Source: a virus
Taxonomy: Duplodnaviria; Caudoviricetes
Reading direction: 5' to 3' (one strand)
Length of the DNA: 59,369 nt
Virus record (IMG/VR): IMGVR_UViG_3300010052_000002
Location: 1 to 59,369 of that record
Shown here piece by piece: positions 19,939 to 28,847 of the stretch. Under the pieces are notes generated by a model that was given only the letters and a program-made list of their open reading frames with translations, did no database searches and was not told the DNA's origin. Numbering within the stretch: position 1 is the first letter of the stretch; each line of letters starts with the position of its first letter. The translations under genes were made by a program, and so were the position numbers.

Positions 19939-20199
19939 ATGACGAAGACGAAAGCAATCACTGAGCCGCTGGAAGACGAGATCGCTGCGGATGAGGCGAC
20001 TGACAGCACGTTCGAAGTTCCCGACAAGCTGCGGGAGAAGTGGGCCTCAATCGCGGACGCGATGTCGGAGCTGAAAGTGTCTCGCGACACAATCGACCGG
20101 TGGCGGAAGGAGAAGAAGCTGGCGTGGCGCTACTACTACGGCAACCGCGTCCTGATTGCACGGGCGAGCATGAAAGCCCTGCTTGCTCCTTTCCTCTAA
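19939..20199 (+). CDS. Excisionase-like helix-turn-helix protein
   Basis: WASIADAMSELKVSRDTIDRWRK...RVLIAR; first gene beyond attP. Confidence 0.75.
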   Translation: MTKTKAITEPLEDEIAADEATDSTFEVPDKLREKWASIADAMSELKVSRDTIDRWRKEKKLAWRYYYGNRVLIARASMKALLAPFL

Positions 20200-20295
20200 C
20201 CATCTGACCTCTTCACGGGCTTCCAACGAAACAACCCTCACGGGCAGGGATCGCGGTACGCGCGGAATCACCTCACCTCTAGCGGGAGAACGACA

Positions 20296-21741
20296 ATGCG
20301 AAGCATCTTCCGCTATCCGGGTGGAAAGACGAAGCGGCAGATTCAGGACTGCATCATCAGTCACAAGCCGCCGGTTGTTCGCGAGTACCGAGAGTGCTTT
20401 GTCGGCGGCGGCGGGATCTTCTTCGGCCTGGAAAGCCAGATCGAGAACGTCTGGCTGAACGACAAGCACGAAGGGTTGATGGCGGTCTACTTCGCACTCA
20501 AGCATCGCCCCGACCAGTTCATCAAGGCGTGCCGCGAGATCGCCCCCGCCTGTGAAACGGACGGGATGACGGAGATCGGCAAGCGGGGCGGTCAGCCAAA
20601 GAACAAACGGCTATCGGCGAAGTTCGACGAACTGAAACTGAACGAGGATTGCGACCAGGCCCTTCGCTACTTCTTCGTGAACCGGACCGTCCACGGCAGC
20701 GGGCGGGTGAACTACGACATTCCGTCGCGGCTGTATTTCAGCAATCCCGACGGCTGGAACATCACGACGACTGACCTGCTGGAGTGTGCGGCCGAACTGC
20801 TGAAGAACGCCAAGCTGACGAAGGGCGACTATGCGGCAGTGATGGACGCCCCTGGCGAGGACGTGTGGATCTACGCAGACCCGCCGTACGTCGTGAACGG
20901 GAACCTGACCCGCACGTCGCAGCTGTATCAACACAGTTTCGACGCGGCCGATCATCGCCGTTTCGCCGAAGTCGTTCGCCGCTGCAAGCACAACGTCTGC
21001 GTCAGCTACGACGCCGACGACGACGGCTTCGTCCGCTCCCTCTTTCCTGAACCCCAGTTCCGCTTCGTGGAGTGCTCGTGGAAATACTCCGGCACGAGTG
21101 AGGAAGTGAAACGCGAGGGGAAGGAACTGCTGATCCTGAACTACGACCCGCCGGAAGGCCGGATCGTCATCGGGAACACTGAAGTCATCGATGGCTTTGT
21201 GGCAGGCGAACGGGAGCAGCTTCGCCAGCTTGAGCAGGTTATTGCGACCGGCATCAAGCGGCAGGCGAAGTCTTTCGTCGACATCGGCAAAGCCCTGGCT
21301 GCAATCCGCGATAGTGGTCAGCCATCGAGGCGTCTGTACCGGGCCACGCACGCAAAGTTTGAGGACTACTGCCGCGACCGGTGGAACATCAACGCAAGCC
21401 GGGCGTCTCAGTACATCACGGGAGCGTCTCGCCACGAAGCAGTCAAAACGCTTACCACGGTAAGTGTTCTCCCAAACAACGAGCGGCAAGTCCGCGAACT
21501 CGCTCGCCTCGAATCAGACGAACAGGCCGCTGAAGTCTGGCAGAAGGTTGTCGACTCAGTCAGCGGCCCAAAGGCGATCACGGCTGCGGTCATCCGCAAG
21601 CACGTCAACGAAGCAATTGGCTACGAGCCACCGGCACCGGCCGACAAGGTCGAGGTTGCCCGGAAGGCTCTTCTGAAGTTGTCCGCCGAACAGCTGTCTT
21701 TGCTGTTGGCTGAGTTCCTTAAACAAGCGGAGGCAGCATGA
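20296..21741 (+). CDS. Dam-like (D12 class) DNA adenine methyltransferase fused to a C-terminal helical domain
   Basis: FRYPGGK, ECFVGGG, IYADPPY and ELLILNY, followed by about 190 aa (IG.AL..IRD..LYR..H..FEDYC..RW). Confidence 0.88.
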   Translation: MRSIFRYPGGKTKRQIQDCIISHKPPVVREYRECFVGGGGIFFGLESQIENVWLNDKHEGLMAVYFALKHRPDQFIKACREIAPACETDGMTEIGKRGGQPKNKRLSAKFDELKLNEDCDQALRYFFVNRTVHGSGRVNYDIPSRLYFSNPDGWNITTTDLLECAAELLKNAKLTKGDYAAVMDAPGEDVWIYADPPYVVNGNLTRTSQLYQHSFDAADHRRFAEVVRRCKHNVCVSYDADDDGFVRSLFPEPQFRFVECSWKYSGTSEEVKREGKELLILNYDPPEGRIVIGNTEVIDGFVAGEREQLRQLEQVIATGIKRQAKSFVDIGKALAAIRDSGQPSRRLYRATHAKFEDYCRDRWNINASRASQYITGASRHEAVKTLTTVSVLPNNERQVRELARLESDEQAAEVWQKVVDSVSGPKAITAAVIRKHVNEAIGYEPPAPADKVEVARKALLKLSAEQLSLLLAEFLKQAEAA

Positions 21742-22088
21742 GCGCGTTGTCAGGTCTTCGGAAGTTCATGGCGGTCGCAAAGCCCGCAGTGCTCTGTCAC
21801 GCGATCCTGAACACCCAGGATCAGTTCCGCCAGTCGAAGCCGCTGGGGCTCAAGGCGGGCAGCGACGCATGGCTCTATCACAGCCACTTCCGCTCGCTTC
21901 TGACGTCTCAGGTCCGCGTCAACTGGGCACAGCTTTCGGGGCTTGATTCCTACCAGTGCCCGTTCACTGACGACGCGATCGTCCATCAGTGGTGCGTCAT
22001 GCGAAAGGACGTGACGACCCATGAGGAGATCGACGGAATCGAACTGGACGGCATTGTCGGCGACCTGCCGGACGAGGACCCGGAATGA
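21738..22088 (+). CDS. Hypothetical protein
   Basis: ATGA-coupled on both sides. Confidence 0.6.
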   Translation: MSALSGLRKFMAVAKPAVLCHAILNTQDQFRQSKPLGLKAGSDAWLYHSHFRSLLTSQVRVNWAQLSGLDSYQCPFTDDAIVHQWCVMRKDVTTHEEIDGIELDGIVGDLPDEDPE

Positions 22089-22588
22089 CCACCCCAACCA
22101 TCTCCCTTCAAATCCGCTGGCTCATCCGCCGCGATATGCCCGAGGTCCTCCAGATCGAGCGGACGAGCTTCGCCACGGCCTGGTCTGACGAAGATTTCCT
22201 CTGCTGCTTGCGTCAGCGCAACTGCATCGGAATGGTGGCCGAAGCGAATCATCAGATCGTGGGTTTCATGATCTATGAGCTGCACAAGGCCAAGCTGCAC
22301 ATCCTGAACTTCGCGGTTGCTCCTGAGTTCCGCCGCATGGGCGTCGGACGGCAGATGGTTCAGCGGCTCGTGGACAATCTGTCTCAGCAGCGGCGGCGGG
22401 AGATTCGCGTCTCGCTGCGTGAGAGCAATCTGCCTGGGCAGTTGTTCTTCCGGGCTGTCGGCTTCAAGGCCGTGGCCGTGGATCGCGGCTGCTACGACGA
22501 CACGAACGAGGACGCCTACCTGTTTCGGTTCCTGCTGTCGGATGAGGTGGCGGCGGAGCCGGCGGCTGAGGGGAGGGCTGTGCAGTGA
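22085..22588 (+). CDS. rimI: RimI-like GNAT acetyltransferase
   Basis: IRWLIRRDMPEVLQIE, ILNFAVAPEFRRMGVG (acetyl-CoA motif A), RESN..Q.FF...GF, EDAY. Confidence 0.88.
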   Translation: MTTPTISLQIRWLIRRDMPEVLQIERTSFATAWSDEDFLCCLRQRNCIGMVAEANHQIVGFMIYELHKAKLHILNFAVAPEFRRMGVGRQMVQRLVDNLSQQRRREIRVSLRESNLPGQLFFRAVGFKAVAVDRGCYDDTNEDAYLFRFLLSDEVAAEPAAEGRAVQ

Positions 22589-23118
22589 GCAAGACGATCG
22601 AACTCTTGTTCGCCGTGCCCGTCCTGATCGTCGGATTGGTCTGGACGATTGACGTGCTGATCAAGTTCTGCGGCGACGCAGCGGGGCTGCTGTCGTGTGA
22701 CGAATCCGTGACTAACCAACCGAAGGGGGATGCGATGGGCAAGCAGGCGATTGGACCGAATCAGGAGAAGTGGCTGCAGGCGCTGGAGAGCGGGGAGTAT
22801 CGGCAGGGACAAAACCGGCTGGTGGAGTTCGACGAGTCGGGAATGAAGTGCTGCTGCCTCGGCGTTGGTGCATTGCAGTTTTGCGAGAGCCACCGTCGCG
22901 ATTGCGACCGCCTGATCTTCGGAGAAGACGAGGGCGAGTTTAGCACCGGGACTGCGCCTCCGGCGGTAATTAGGGCACTTGCCCTTCGTGGGCCTTGTGG
23001 CGACTTCGATGGGGGCTGCAACTCACTGGTCGGCATGAACGACAAGGGCGTGACCTTCGCCAACATCGCCGCCTTCTGCCGGGCCAATCCCGAAGCCGTC
23101 TTCACCGAACCCCGCTGA
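22585..23118 (+). CDS. Hypothetical phage protein (alternative start ATG 22735)
   Basis: KWLQALESGEYRQG...CCLGV motif seen in phage proteins. Confidence 0.65.
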   Translation: MSKTIELLFAVPVLIVGLVWTIDVLIKFCGDAAGLLSCDESVTNQPKGDAMGKQAIGPNQEKWLQALESGEYRQGQNRLVEFDESGMKCCCLGVGALQFCESHRRDCDRLIFGEDEGEFSTGTAPPAVIRALALRGPCGDFDGGCNSLVGMNDKGVTFANIAAFCRANPEAVFTEPR

Positions 23119-23227
23119 CCCCCACCGGCCGCCCCGTTGAGCGGCGAGCGTTGGCCCGCACTTGCTGCTCCGGGCGGCTGGCTGGGGATTGATGACACAC
23201 CTTTTCACGTTCCATGGAGATGCAGAG

Positions 23228-23512
23228 ATGGCGACGAAACGTAAGGCGGCGGTTGCGAAGCCGAAGACCGTGAAGTGTCGGATTCTGGTGGCGGTGGACA
23301 AGGAAGGCGGGGTCCTTGCCTGCAATGGCGACGACGCATGCTGCTATCGGCGACCCGGAGAAATGTCGGACGAGGAGGTGGTCGAGAACGCAGTCTTCAA
23401 CGCCGACGCCTCCCACGCATCGCAACTCACCCTCCGGTTCATCGAGGTCGAATTGCCCATTCCGACGCCGGAAGAACCGGCTGTCAAGACGCTGACCGTC
23501 ACCGACGTTTAG
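23228..23512 (+). CDS. Hypothetical protein
   Basis: GGAG RBS; follows a hairpin leader. Confidence 0.65.
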   Translation: MATKRKAAVAKPKTVKCRILVAVDKEGGVLACNGDDACCYRRPGEMSDEEVVENAVFNADASHASQLTLRFIEVELPIPTPEEPAVKTLTVTDV

Positions 23513-23614
23513 CCGCATTCCCATCAGGGCAGTCGAGCCTCTTGGGTTTAGCCCGCCTACTGCTGCTCCTGCCCTGGTGGGGATTTGAGACACCTTTTTT
23601 TCGAGGAGTGAGCG

Positions 23615-23923
23615 ATGTCGAAGCCCGTGAGTGCCGTCGCCGTGGCGGAACCAATGAAGCCAGGCGAAGCGGCTGCGTTCCACCTGCGAGTGCTGGGGAA
23701 GCCGTTCGGATCGTGGCACAAGCCGAAGGCGTTCAATGAGGCGCAACTGAAGTTTGGCGTCGGCATCCCGTTCAACGTCGGCAGCAATGAGGCGAAGCGT
23801 CGGCGACATGCGGTCCGCGGCACTCAATGCGGCTGCGGTCGCATGCAGAAGAACTGCGGTCTGCATTGCCCGTACCGGATTGGGCGATCCTCTTTCGCCA
23901 GCTATCAGCCTGAACAGAAGTAA
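23615..23923 (+). CDS. Hypothetical protein
   Basis: GAGGAG RBS; follows a hairpin leader. Confidence 0.55.
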   Translation: MSKPVSAVAVAEPMKPGEAAAFHLRVLGKPFGSWHKPKAFNEAQLKFGVGIPFNVGSNEAKRRRHAVRGTQCGCGRMQKNCGLHCPYRIGRSSFASYQPEQK

Positions 23924-23980
23924 CCGGACCCACGGACGGCCGCTGCGCACGGATGCACTTTTTCTCACAGGACCAATGCG

Positions 23981-24277
23981 ATGCACCGCTACGAGTTTGA
24001 ACTGTCCGTTGACCTCGGCAAGGCGATTCCAGAGGTCGGTTCGTTGTGCAGCGAACTGAATAGCCACATGTCCAGTGTGGGTTTCGACGAGCAGCTTTCC
24101 ATTTCCGCCCGCGTCGGTTGCATGACGCTGGAATCGTCAAGGCTTCTCACCAAAGAGGAGGAGAGCGAAATCGTGAAGCATCTCAATGCTGAATGTCACG
24201 AGCGTTTTTCGAGCCTTGGTATCCGCTGCACGAACGTGCGTCGTCAGCCGGGTAACGCCCCGCAGTCAGCCTCATAA
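23981..24277 (+). CDS. Hypothetical protein
   Basis: AGGA RBS; 98 aa. Confidence 0.55.
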   Translation: MHRYEFELSVDLGKAIPEVGSLCSELNSHMSSVGFDEQLSISARVGCMTLESSRLLTKEEESEIVKHLNAECHERFSSLGIRCTNVRRQPGNAPQSAS

Positions 24278-24299
24278 GTCGCTGCCAATGAAATGAGGC

Positions 24300-24712
24300 T
24301 ATATGCCGCTCGCGGCTGAAGTCTCGCCATAGCGCTGAGCAGTTAGTCGGGTTCCGCAGTAATTCGCTGGATTACGGCGGTGGATACCAAGAGGCGAGTT
24401 TGAAGCGTGCACGGACGCACTTACTGACCCGCCGCCCTCGGGCGCGTAGCTGCTGTGAATTCCTACCCAAGTCTTGGGTGTCAGCAACGGGGGCGGCGGG
24501 GTTTCTGAAATTGAAGGCGTATGTGGCGGCTGGGACTGAGTGACCCAGCCCGAACGCGGGGATAGAGACTCGTGGGGAATCGACGCTGCGGCCGTGTAAG
24601 TCGGTGGATTCCGATGGTCCGACGGCGCGATGCAATGACCCCTCAAAAACCATGACACCCCGACACAGGAAACGTGATGGAGAACCTGACAGCCGGGAAA
24701 GACCGGCACTTT
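24300..24712 (+). ncRNA. Candidate structured non-coding RNA region
   Basis: No credible ORF. Hairpins CCCGCCGCCC/GGGCGGCGGG (about 24428-24500), GGCTGGG/CCCAGCC and GCCGG-GAAAGA-CCGGC. Confidence 0.45.
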
Positions 24713-24714
24713 GA

Positions 24715-24812
24715 CCCGGGGCGGGACGCCGTGTGTTGATGACACCGGTCGGGAGTCCCGTGACCGCCCTCTCATCAGGGGCGATACGGCCGTTCGACTC
24801 GGCCCCCCGGAA
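24715..24812 (+). ncRNA. tRNA-like element, CAT anticodon, oversized D-arm
   Basis: Acceptor CCCGGGG/CCCCGGA; anticodon arm GCCCT-CTCATCA-GGGGC; variable loop GATAC; T-arm GGCCG-TTCGACT-CGGCC. Confidence 0.6.
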
Positions 24813-24839
24813 CTTTCACCAACCAACAGGAGACGAGCG

Positions 24840-25220
24840 ATGGCTGAGATGACGCCGCTTCAGAAGCGATGCCAGGAGTTGCTGCCGGTGATTCAGGCCG
24901 GGGCGGAGGGGAAGGCGATTCAGTGGAAGATTTCCGGCGATGAGTGGAATGACAACGAACCGTGCGACGCGAACTTCGTCGAGTGCTCCAAATACCGCAT
25001 CAAGCCGGAGTCGAAGTACCGGCCGTTCACGCCAGTGGAGGCCGCTCGTGAACTGCTGGGACACCTCATCGCCCGGGCAGGTGAGTGCGGCCACTCATTC
25101 GTCACAGCCATCAATGAGGGAGGCGTCTTGACCAACCTTCACGGCGACATTTCTTACCAGGAACTCGCGTCATCGTTCCTGAAGAACGGCGCCCCCTGCG
25201 GCGTCCTCGTCCAGGAATAA
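24840..25220 (+). CDS. Hypothetical phage protein
   Basis: AGGAG RBS; IQA.AEGK.IQ...YRIKPE..YRPF motif. Confidence 0.7.
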   Translation: MAEMTPLQKRCQELLPVIQAGAEGKAIQWKISGDEWNDNEPCDANFVECSKYRIKPESKYRPFTPVEAARELLGHLIARAGECGHSFVTAINEGGVLTNLHGDISYQELASSFLKNGAPCGVLVQE

Positions 25221-25268
25221 CCCCAGCGGCCGCGGCGGGGACGAAACACCTTTCAGGAGGAGAGGCGA

Positions 25269-25460
25269 ATGTTGGTTCTGAGCAGGAAGCAAGGCGAAGG
25301 GATCGTCATCGACAACAACGTCGTGATCACAGTCTCAAGCGTCAACGGCGGTCGTGTGAAGCTCGCGATCGACGCACCAGGCCACAAGAGCATTTACCGA
25401 CAGGAAGTGTGGCTGGAGTTGCAGGAAGAGCTGTCAACGAAACCAGGTGACGACCAATGA
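25269..25460 (+). CDS. csrA: Carbon storage regulator CsrA homolog
   Basis: MLVLSRK.GE.IVI...V.ITV......VKLAIDAP....IYRQEV. Confidence 0.92.
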   Translation: MLVLSRKQGEGIVIDNNVVITVSSVNGGRVKLAIDAPGHKSIYRQEVWLELQEELSTKPGDDQ

Positions 25461-26083
25461 CCAACCTCGACTTCGCGAGCTACCTGAACAGCGGTTGGAT
25501 TCAGACCTTCAGCGGTCATCGGATCTGGCCGTTTGCCCCAGAGCACGCAGAGAACCACTTCGACATCGAGGACATCGCCCATCACCTGGCGATGCAGGTT
25601 CGGTGGTCGGGCGCCGTCCGTCGGTTCTACAGCGTCGCCGAGCATTGCGTGCTTGGGTCCAAGATCGTCATGCAGCCGCTAGCCCTCCGATTCCTGATGC
25701 ACGACGCGGAAGAGGCTTATATCGGTGATATCTGCCGGCCCGTGAAGTTGCAGTTGTGGGTTGGTGCGCCGCTCTGCGAGCCGCTGATTCAGCTGAAGGA
25801 AGCCGGAGACCTGCTTCGTGCAGCAATTCTTCGCCAGCTCGGCATTGGCCCAATCGACGGATCGATCGAAGCATTCATCAAGGACGTCGATGACCAATTG
25901 ATGGTCCGCGAGGCCCTGGAGTTACTGAAGGGCGGCCCACATCGCGACTTCGCCATGCAGCCGAAAAACGGCTGGCCAGCCGCCGACGTCGTGCCGCTGT
26001 GTTGGTCTCCGGAAATTGCCGAACGGAAGTTCTTGGAACGGTTCGCGGAGCTGGCCGGTCGGGTGCCGGCCGCGATCGCCTGA
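25457..26083 (+). CDS. HD-domain phosphohydrolase (YfdR/YfbR-like nucleotidase)
   Basis: IEDIAHHLA...YSVAEHC...LMHDAEEAYIGD. Confidence 0.88.
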   Translation: MTNLDFASYLNSGWIQTFSGHRIWPFAPEHAENHFDIEDIAHHLAMQVRWSGAVRRFYSVAEHCVLGSKIVMQPLALRFLMHDAEEAYIGDICRPVKLQLWVGAPLCEPLIQLKEAGDLLRAAILRQLGIGPIDGSIEAFIKDVDDQLMVREALELLKGGPHRDFAMQPKNGWPAADVVPLCWSPEIAERKFLERFAELAGRVPAAIA

Positions 26084-26157
26084 GTTCTTGTGACTACGGA
26101 AATCCTTAGATGCGAACCGTCACCTTTCCACCTCAACTCCCCGACATGAGTCACCCC

Positions 26158-26898
26158 ATGGCTAAGAAGACCGCTGAATCTGAAGTTGCCGTCGCAGAAC
26201 CTTCGCAGGCCACTCCCCCAAAGGAAGACCCCGCCGTCATCCGCCAGCGGATGCTCGACGCTGTTCGTGATGAGGCACAGGAGGAGATTCGTCAATTCAC
26301 GCCAACGGTTCGTCAGTCGGTTGAAGACTACCTCGCGGCAAAGGAACACGCGGCCTCCTTGAAGAAAATCATGGAGGGCAATCAGAAGCAACTCGGCATG
26401 CTCTGCGACCGCATGACGGACGCGATGGACGGAACGTATCAGTTCCCGCCGCCGCCGGCCCCGACGCTGCCGTTCCCGGAGAACAAGGAAGACGCCAGGG
26501 GCAAGCCGCGGCTGTCCAGGCCTGATCACGGTGCCACGCTCCCGATCGACGCCCTGATGGAATTCGGCCTGACGGAGAAGATGTGCGAAACGCTGGAATC
26601 GCACGACATTAAGACGATCAGCGATCTCGAAACACTGATGCGAGTCGATCCCTGGTGGCACAAGAAGATCAAGGGTTTCGGCGGCGAACGGGTCGACAAA
26701 ACGAGCGACGCCCTCGTGGACTTTCGCCGAAAATATCCGGTTCCGTCTGCTAGTGACGTCGAACCGGCAGCGGACGAGTCGCCTTCAACGAACAACGGGA
26801 CGTCGACGTCAGAGACCGCCACGGCCAAGAGCAATCCCGACCCGGCCGAGGATGCGGCGGACGACGACGAAGGGGAGGGCGACGACGGCGAGGAGTGA
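26158..26898 (+). CDS. Hypothetical protein with RNA polymerase alpha-CTD-like HhH domain and acidic tail
   Basis: PIDAL...GLTEKMCETLESHDIKTISDL...IKGFG resembles the alpha-CTD pattern; start uncertain. Confidence 0.6.
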   Translation: MAKKTAESEVAVAEPSQATPPKEDPAVIRQRMLDAVRDEAQEEIRQFTPTVRQSVEDYLAAKEHAASLKKIMEGNQKQLGMLCDRMTDAMDGTYQFPPPPAPTLPFPENKEDARGKPRLSRPDHGATLPIDALMEFGLTEKMCETLESHDIKTISDLETLMRVDPWWHKKIKGFGGERVDKTSDALVDFRRKYPVPSASDVEPAADESPSTNNGTSTSETATAKSNPDPAEDAADDDEGEGDDGEE

Positions 26899-26977
26899 TC
26901 CGCTAGTTGTCGTTGCCTTGGCCATGGAGGGCCACCTTTTTCTTTTCTCTCACAACTCTTGAGTTGAGGCACTTCAG

Positions 26978-28117
26978 ATGGCTGTTTTCCAGAAGGCTAC
27001 GCGCAAGCAAGTTCGGTTGCGGATGGCTCTCGACGGACTGCCCGGCGCGGGAAAAACGTTCACGGCCCTGCGATTCGCAACCGCTCTTACCCAGCACTTT
27101 GGCGGCCGGATCGCTGTCATCAACACAGAGTCCGGAGCCGTCGAGAAGTACCTCGGCCTCAACCCTGATGGCATCCCGTTCGACTTCGACATCCTCACGC
27201 TGACGGATTTCGCACCGACGTCCTACACGTCGGCGATCCAGGCCGCCGGCCGCGAGGGCTACACAGTCTGCATCGTCGATTCACTGTCCCATGCCTGGGA
27301 GGGCGAGGGCGGCGCGCTCGATCAGGTCGATCGCAAGTCCGAGAAGAACAAGTTCACGGCATGGAAGGACGTCACACCTCAGCATCGCGGGATGATTGAG
27401 TCGCTGCTGCGGTCTCCCTGTCACGTCATTGTGACGATGCGGACCAAGATGGATTACGTGCTGGAAGAAGACGAACGGGGAAAGAAGGTCCCCCGCAAAG
27501 TCGGCTTGAAGCCCGTCCAGCGAGAGGGCATGGAGTACGAATTCGACATCATCATGGATCTCGACGAATTGCATCTGGGCCGAGTCTCAAAAAGCCGCTG
27601 CCCCGACGTCGATGGCCTGCGGGTGATGAAGCCTGACGCGACGTTCCTATCGCCCGTCATCCGATGGCTGAACGAAGGCTCAGAAGTCGACGCCGGACAC
27701 TTCGCGACGAAAGAGTCGGACCTAAAGGCCCTCCAGGATCGCGACCGTCGCGAAGCCGCCCAGCAACCCCAGAAGCCCGTCAACTTCCGCGACCAACTGA
27801 CCGGCGGTGGAACGTCATCTGCCTCCACACAGGTGGCGTCTCCCCCGTCCGCTGCGGATAGCAATGAACCTCTCGCCGAGGAAGGTCAGATCCTCCACAT
27901 CCGCAGTCTGTTCGAACAGTGCGAGATTCCCCCGGAAGCCGCAAAAGGCATCATCGCGAAGCGCGGCGTCACGGCGATCAAGGACCTGACTCAGGCCCAA
28001 GCGAAGGAACTGATCGACGGGCTGTTGGCAATGCACAAGAAGGTTGTCGCGGAGAAGCGGGCGGCGCAGGACGCGGCGGATCTGGCTGCGAAAGAAGCCG
28101 CTGGCGTTCCCTGGTGA
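26978..28117 (+). CDS. Sak4-like AAA ATPase (single-strand annealing protein)
   Basis: Walker A GLPGAGKT, IVDSLSHAW, EYEFD. Confidence 0.85.
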   Translation: MAVFQKATRKQVRLRMALDGLPGAGKTFTALRFATALTQHFGGRIAVINTESGAVEKYLGLNPDGIPFDFDILTLTDFAPTSYTSAIQAAGREGYTVCIVDSLSHAWEGEGGALDQVDRKSEKNKFTAWKDVTPQHRGMIESLLRSPCHVIVTMRTKMDYVLEEDERGKKVPRKVGLKPVQREGMEYEFDIIMDLDELHLGRVSKSRCPDVDGLRVMKPDATFLSPVIRWLNEGSEVDAGHFATKESDLKALQDRDRREAAQQPQKPVNFRDQLTGGGTSSASTQVASPPSAADSNEPLAEEGQILHIRSLFEQCEIPPEAAKGIIAKRGVTAIKDLTQAQAKELIDGLLAMHKKVVAEKRAAQDAADLAAKEAAGVPW

Positions 28118-28208
28118 TCACTGATTGTTGAGTGCTGACTCTGAAGAAATCACGTCGCTCGTTGCGCGTGAAAAGTCCCGAGGTCGTTTGTTTGAGAAGG
28201 GTGTTTCC

Positions 28209-28847
28209 ATGGCTGTTGAAAGTTTCGATGCGTCCGACTTCGGGTCCGTTGAGGACTTGAAGGGTTCACAGTTCCTTGAAGTCAAGGGGCAATACCATCT
28301 CGTCATTGTCGAGGTTGACGAGAGCCGATCCACAGGCAACGGCATCAAGATCAAATTCGGCGTTCTCGCTGGCACTGCTCCTGGACAACAGAACAAGTCC
28401 TTCCGCGACATGTTCTGGGATCCCAGGGCAGACAGCAAAGACGGTGGCAAATTCGCAAAGGCTCGCCGCCTGTCTCTGCTGTTGGCAACGGGCTACATCA
28501 CCGAAGACCAGATCGGGAAGTCGTTCACGGTCGACTGGCAAGCCATTCTTGAACGGCAACTGAAAGCGGCCGTCGACGTGAAGGAGTCGGCATCGACGAC
28601 CGATTCCACGAAGACGTACCTCAACGCCGGAATCAAAGGTACTGACATGTGGGGCCCGCTGGACGATGCTGCCCAGCACATTCCTCATGACGATGCCTGT
28701 ATCGAGGCGGCCGTTCGCGCCGGTCAGGCGAACGTCGTGTCGAAGTACAAGGGTGCAGCGGTGTCGAACGCACCCGCGACGACAACGAAACCTGCCACCA
28801 CCACGGCCGCTCCGGTTGCCGGAGCCGACAAGTACGCCGGCCTCTAA
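28209..28847 (+). CDS. Putative single-stranded DNA-binding protein (DUF669-like)
   Basis: Follows Sak4; G.YHLVI.EV OB-fold pattern and flexible tail. Confidence 0.6.
   Translation: MAVESFDASDFGSVEDLKGSQFLEVKGQYHLVIVEVDESRSTGNGIKIKFGVLAGTAPGQQNKSFRDMFWDPRADSKDGGKFAKARRLSLLLATGYITEDQIGKSFTVDWQAILERQLKAAVDVKESASTTDSTKTYLNAGIKGTDMWGPLDDAAQHIPHDDACIEAAVRAGQANVVSKYKGAAVSNAPATTTKPATTTAAPVAGADKYAGL

Noticed and set aside
24300-24840. CsrB/RsmZ-like sponge RNA for the nearby CsrA
   Set aside because: GGA trinucleotides are not clearly above chance for this GC content, and few sit in ANGGA hairpin loops.
25457-26083. DatZ of a 2-aminoadenine (Z-genome) pathway
   Set aside because: No PurZ or dedicated DNA polymerase is present; a generic phage HD nucleotidase is the simpler call.
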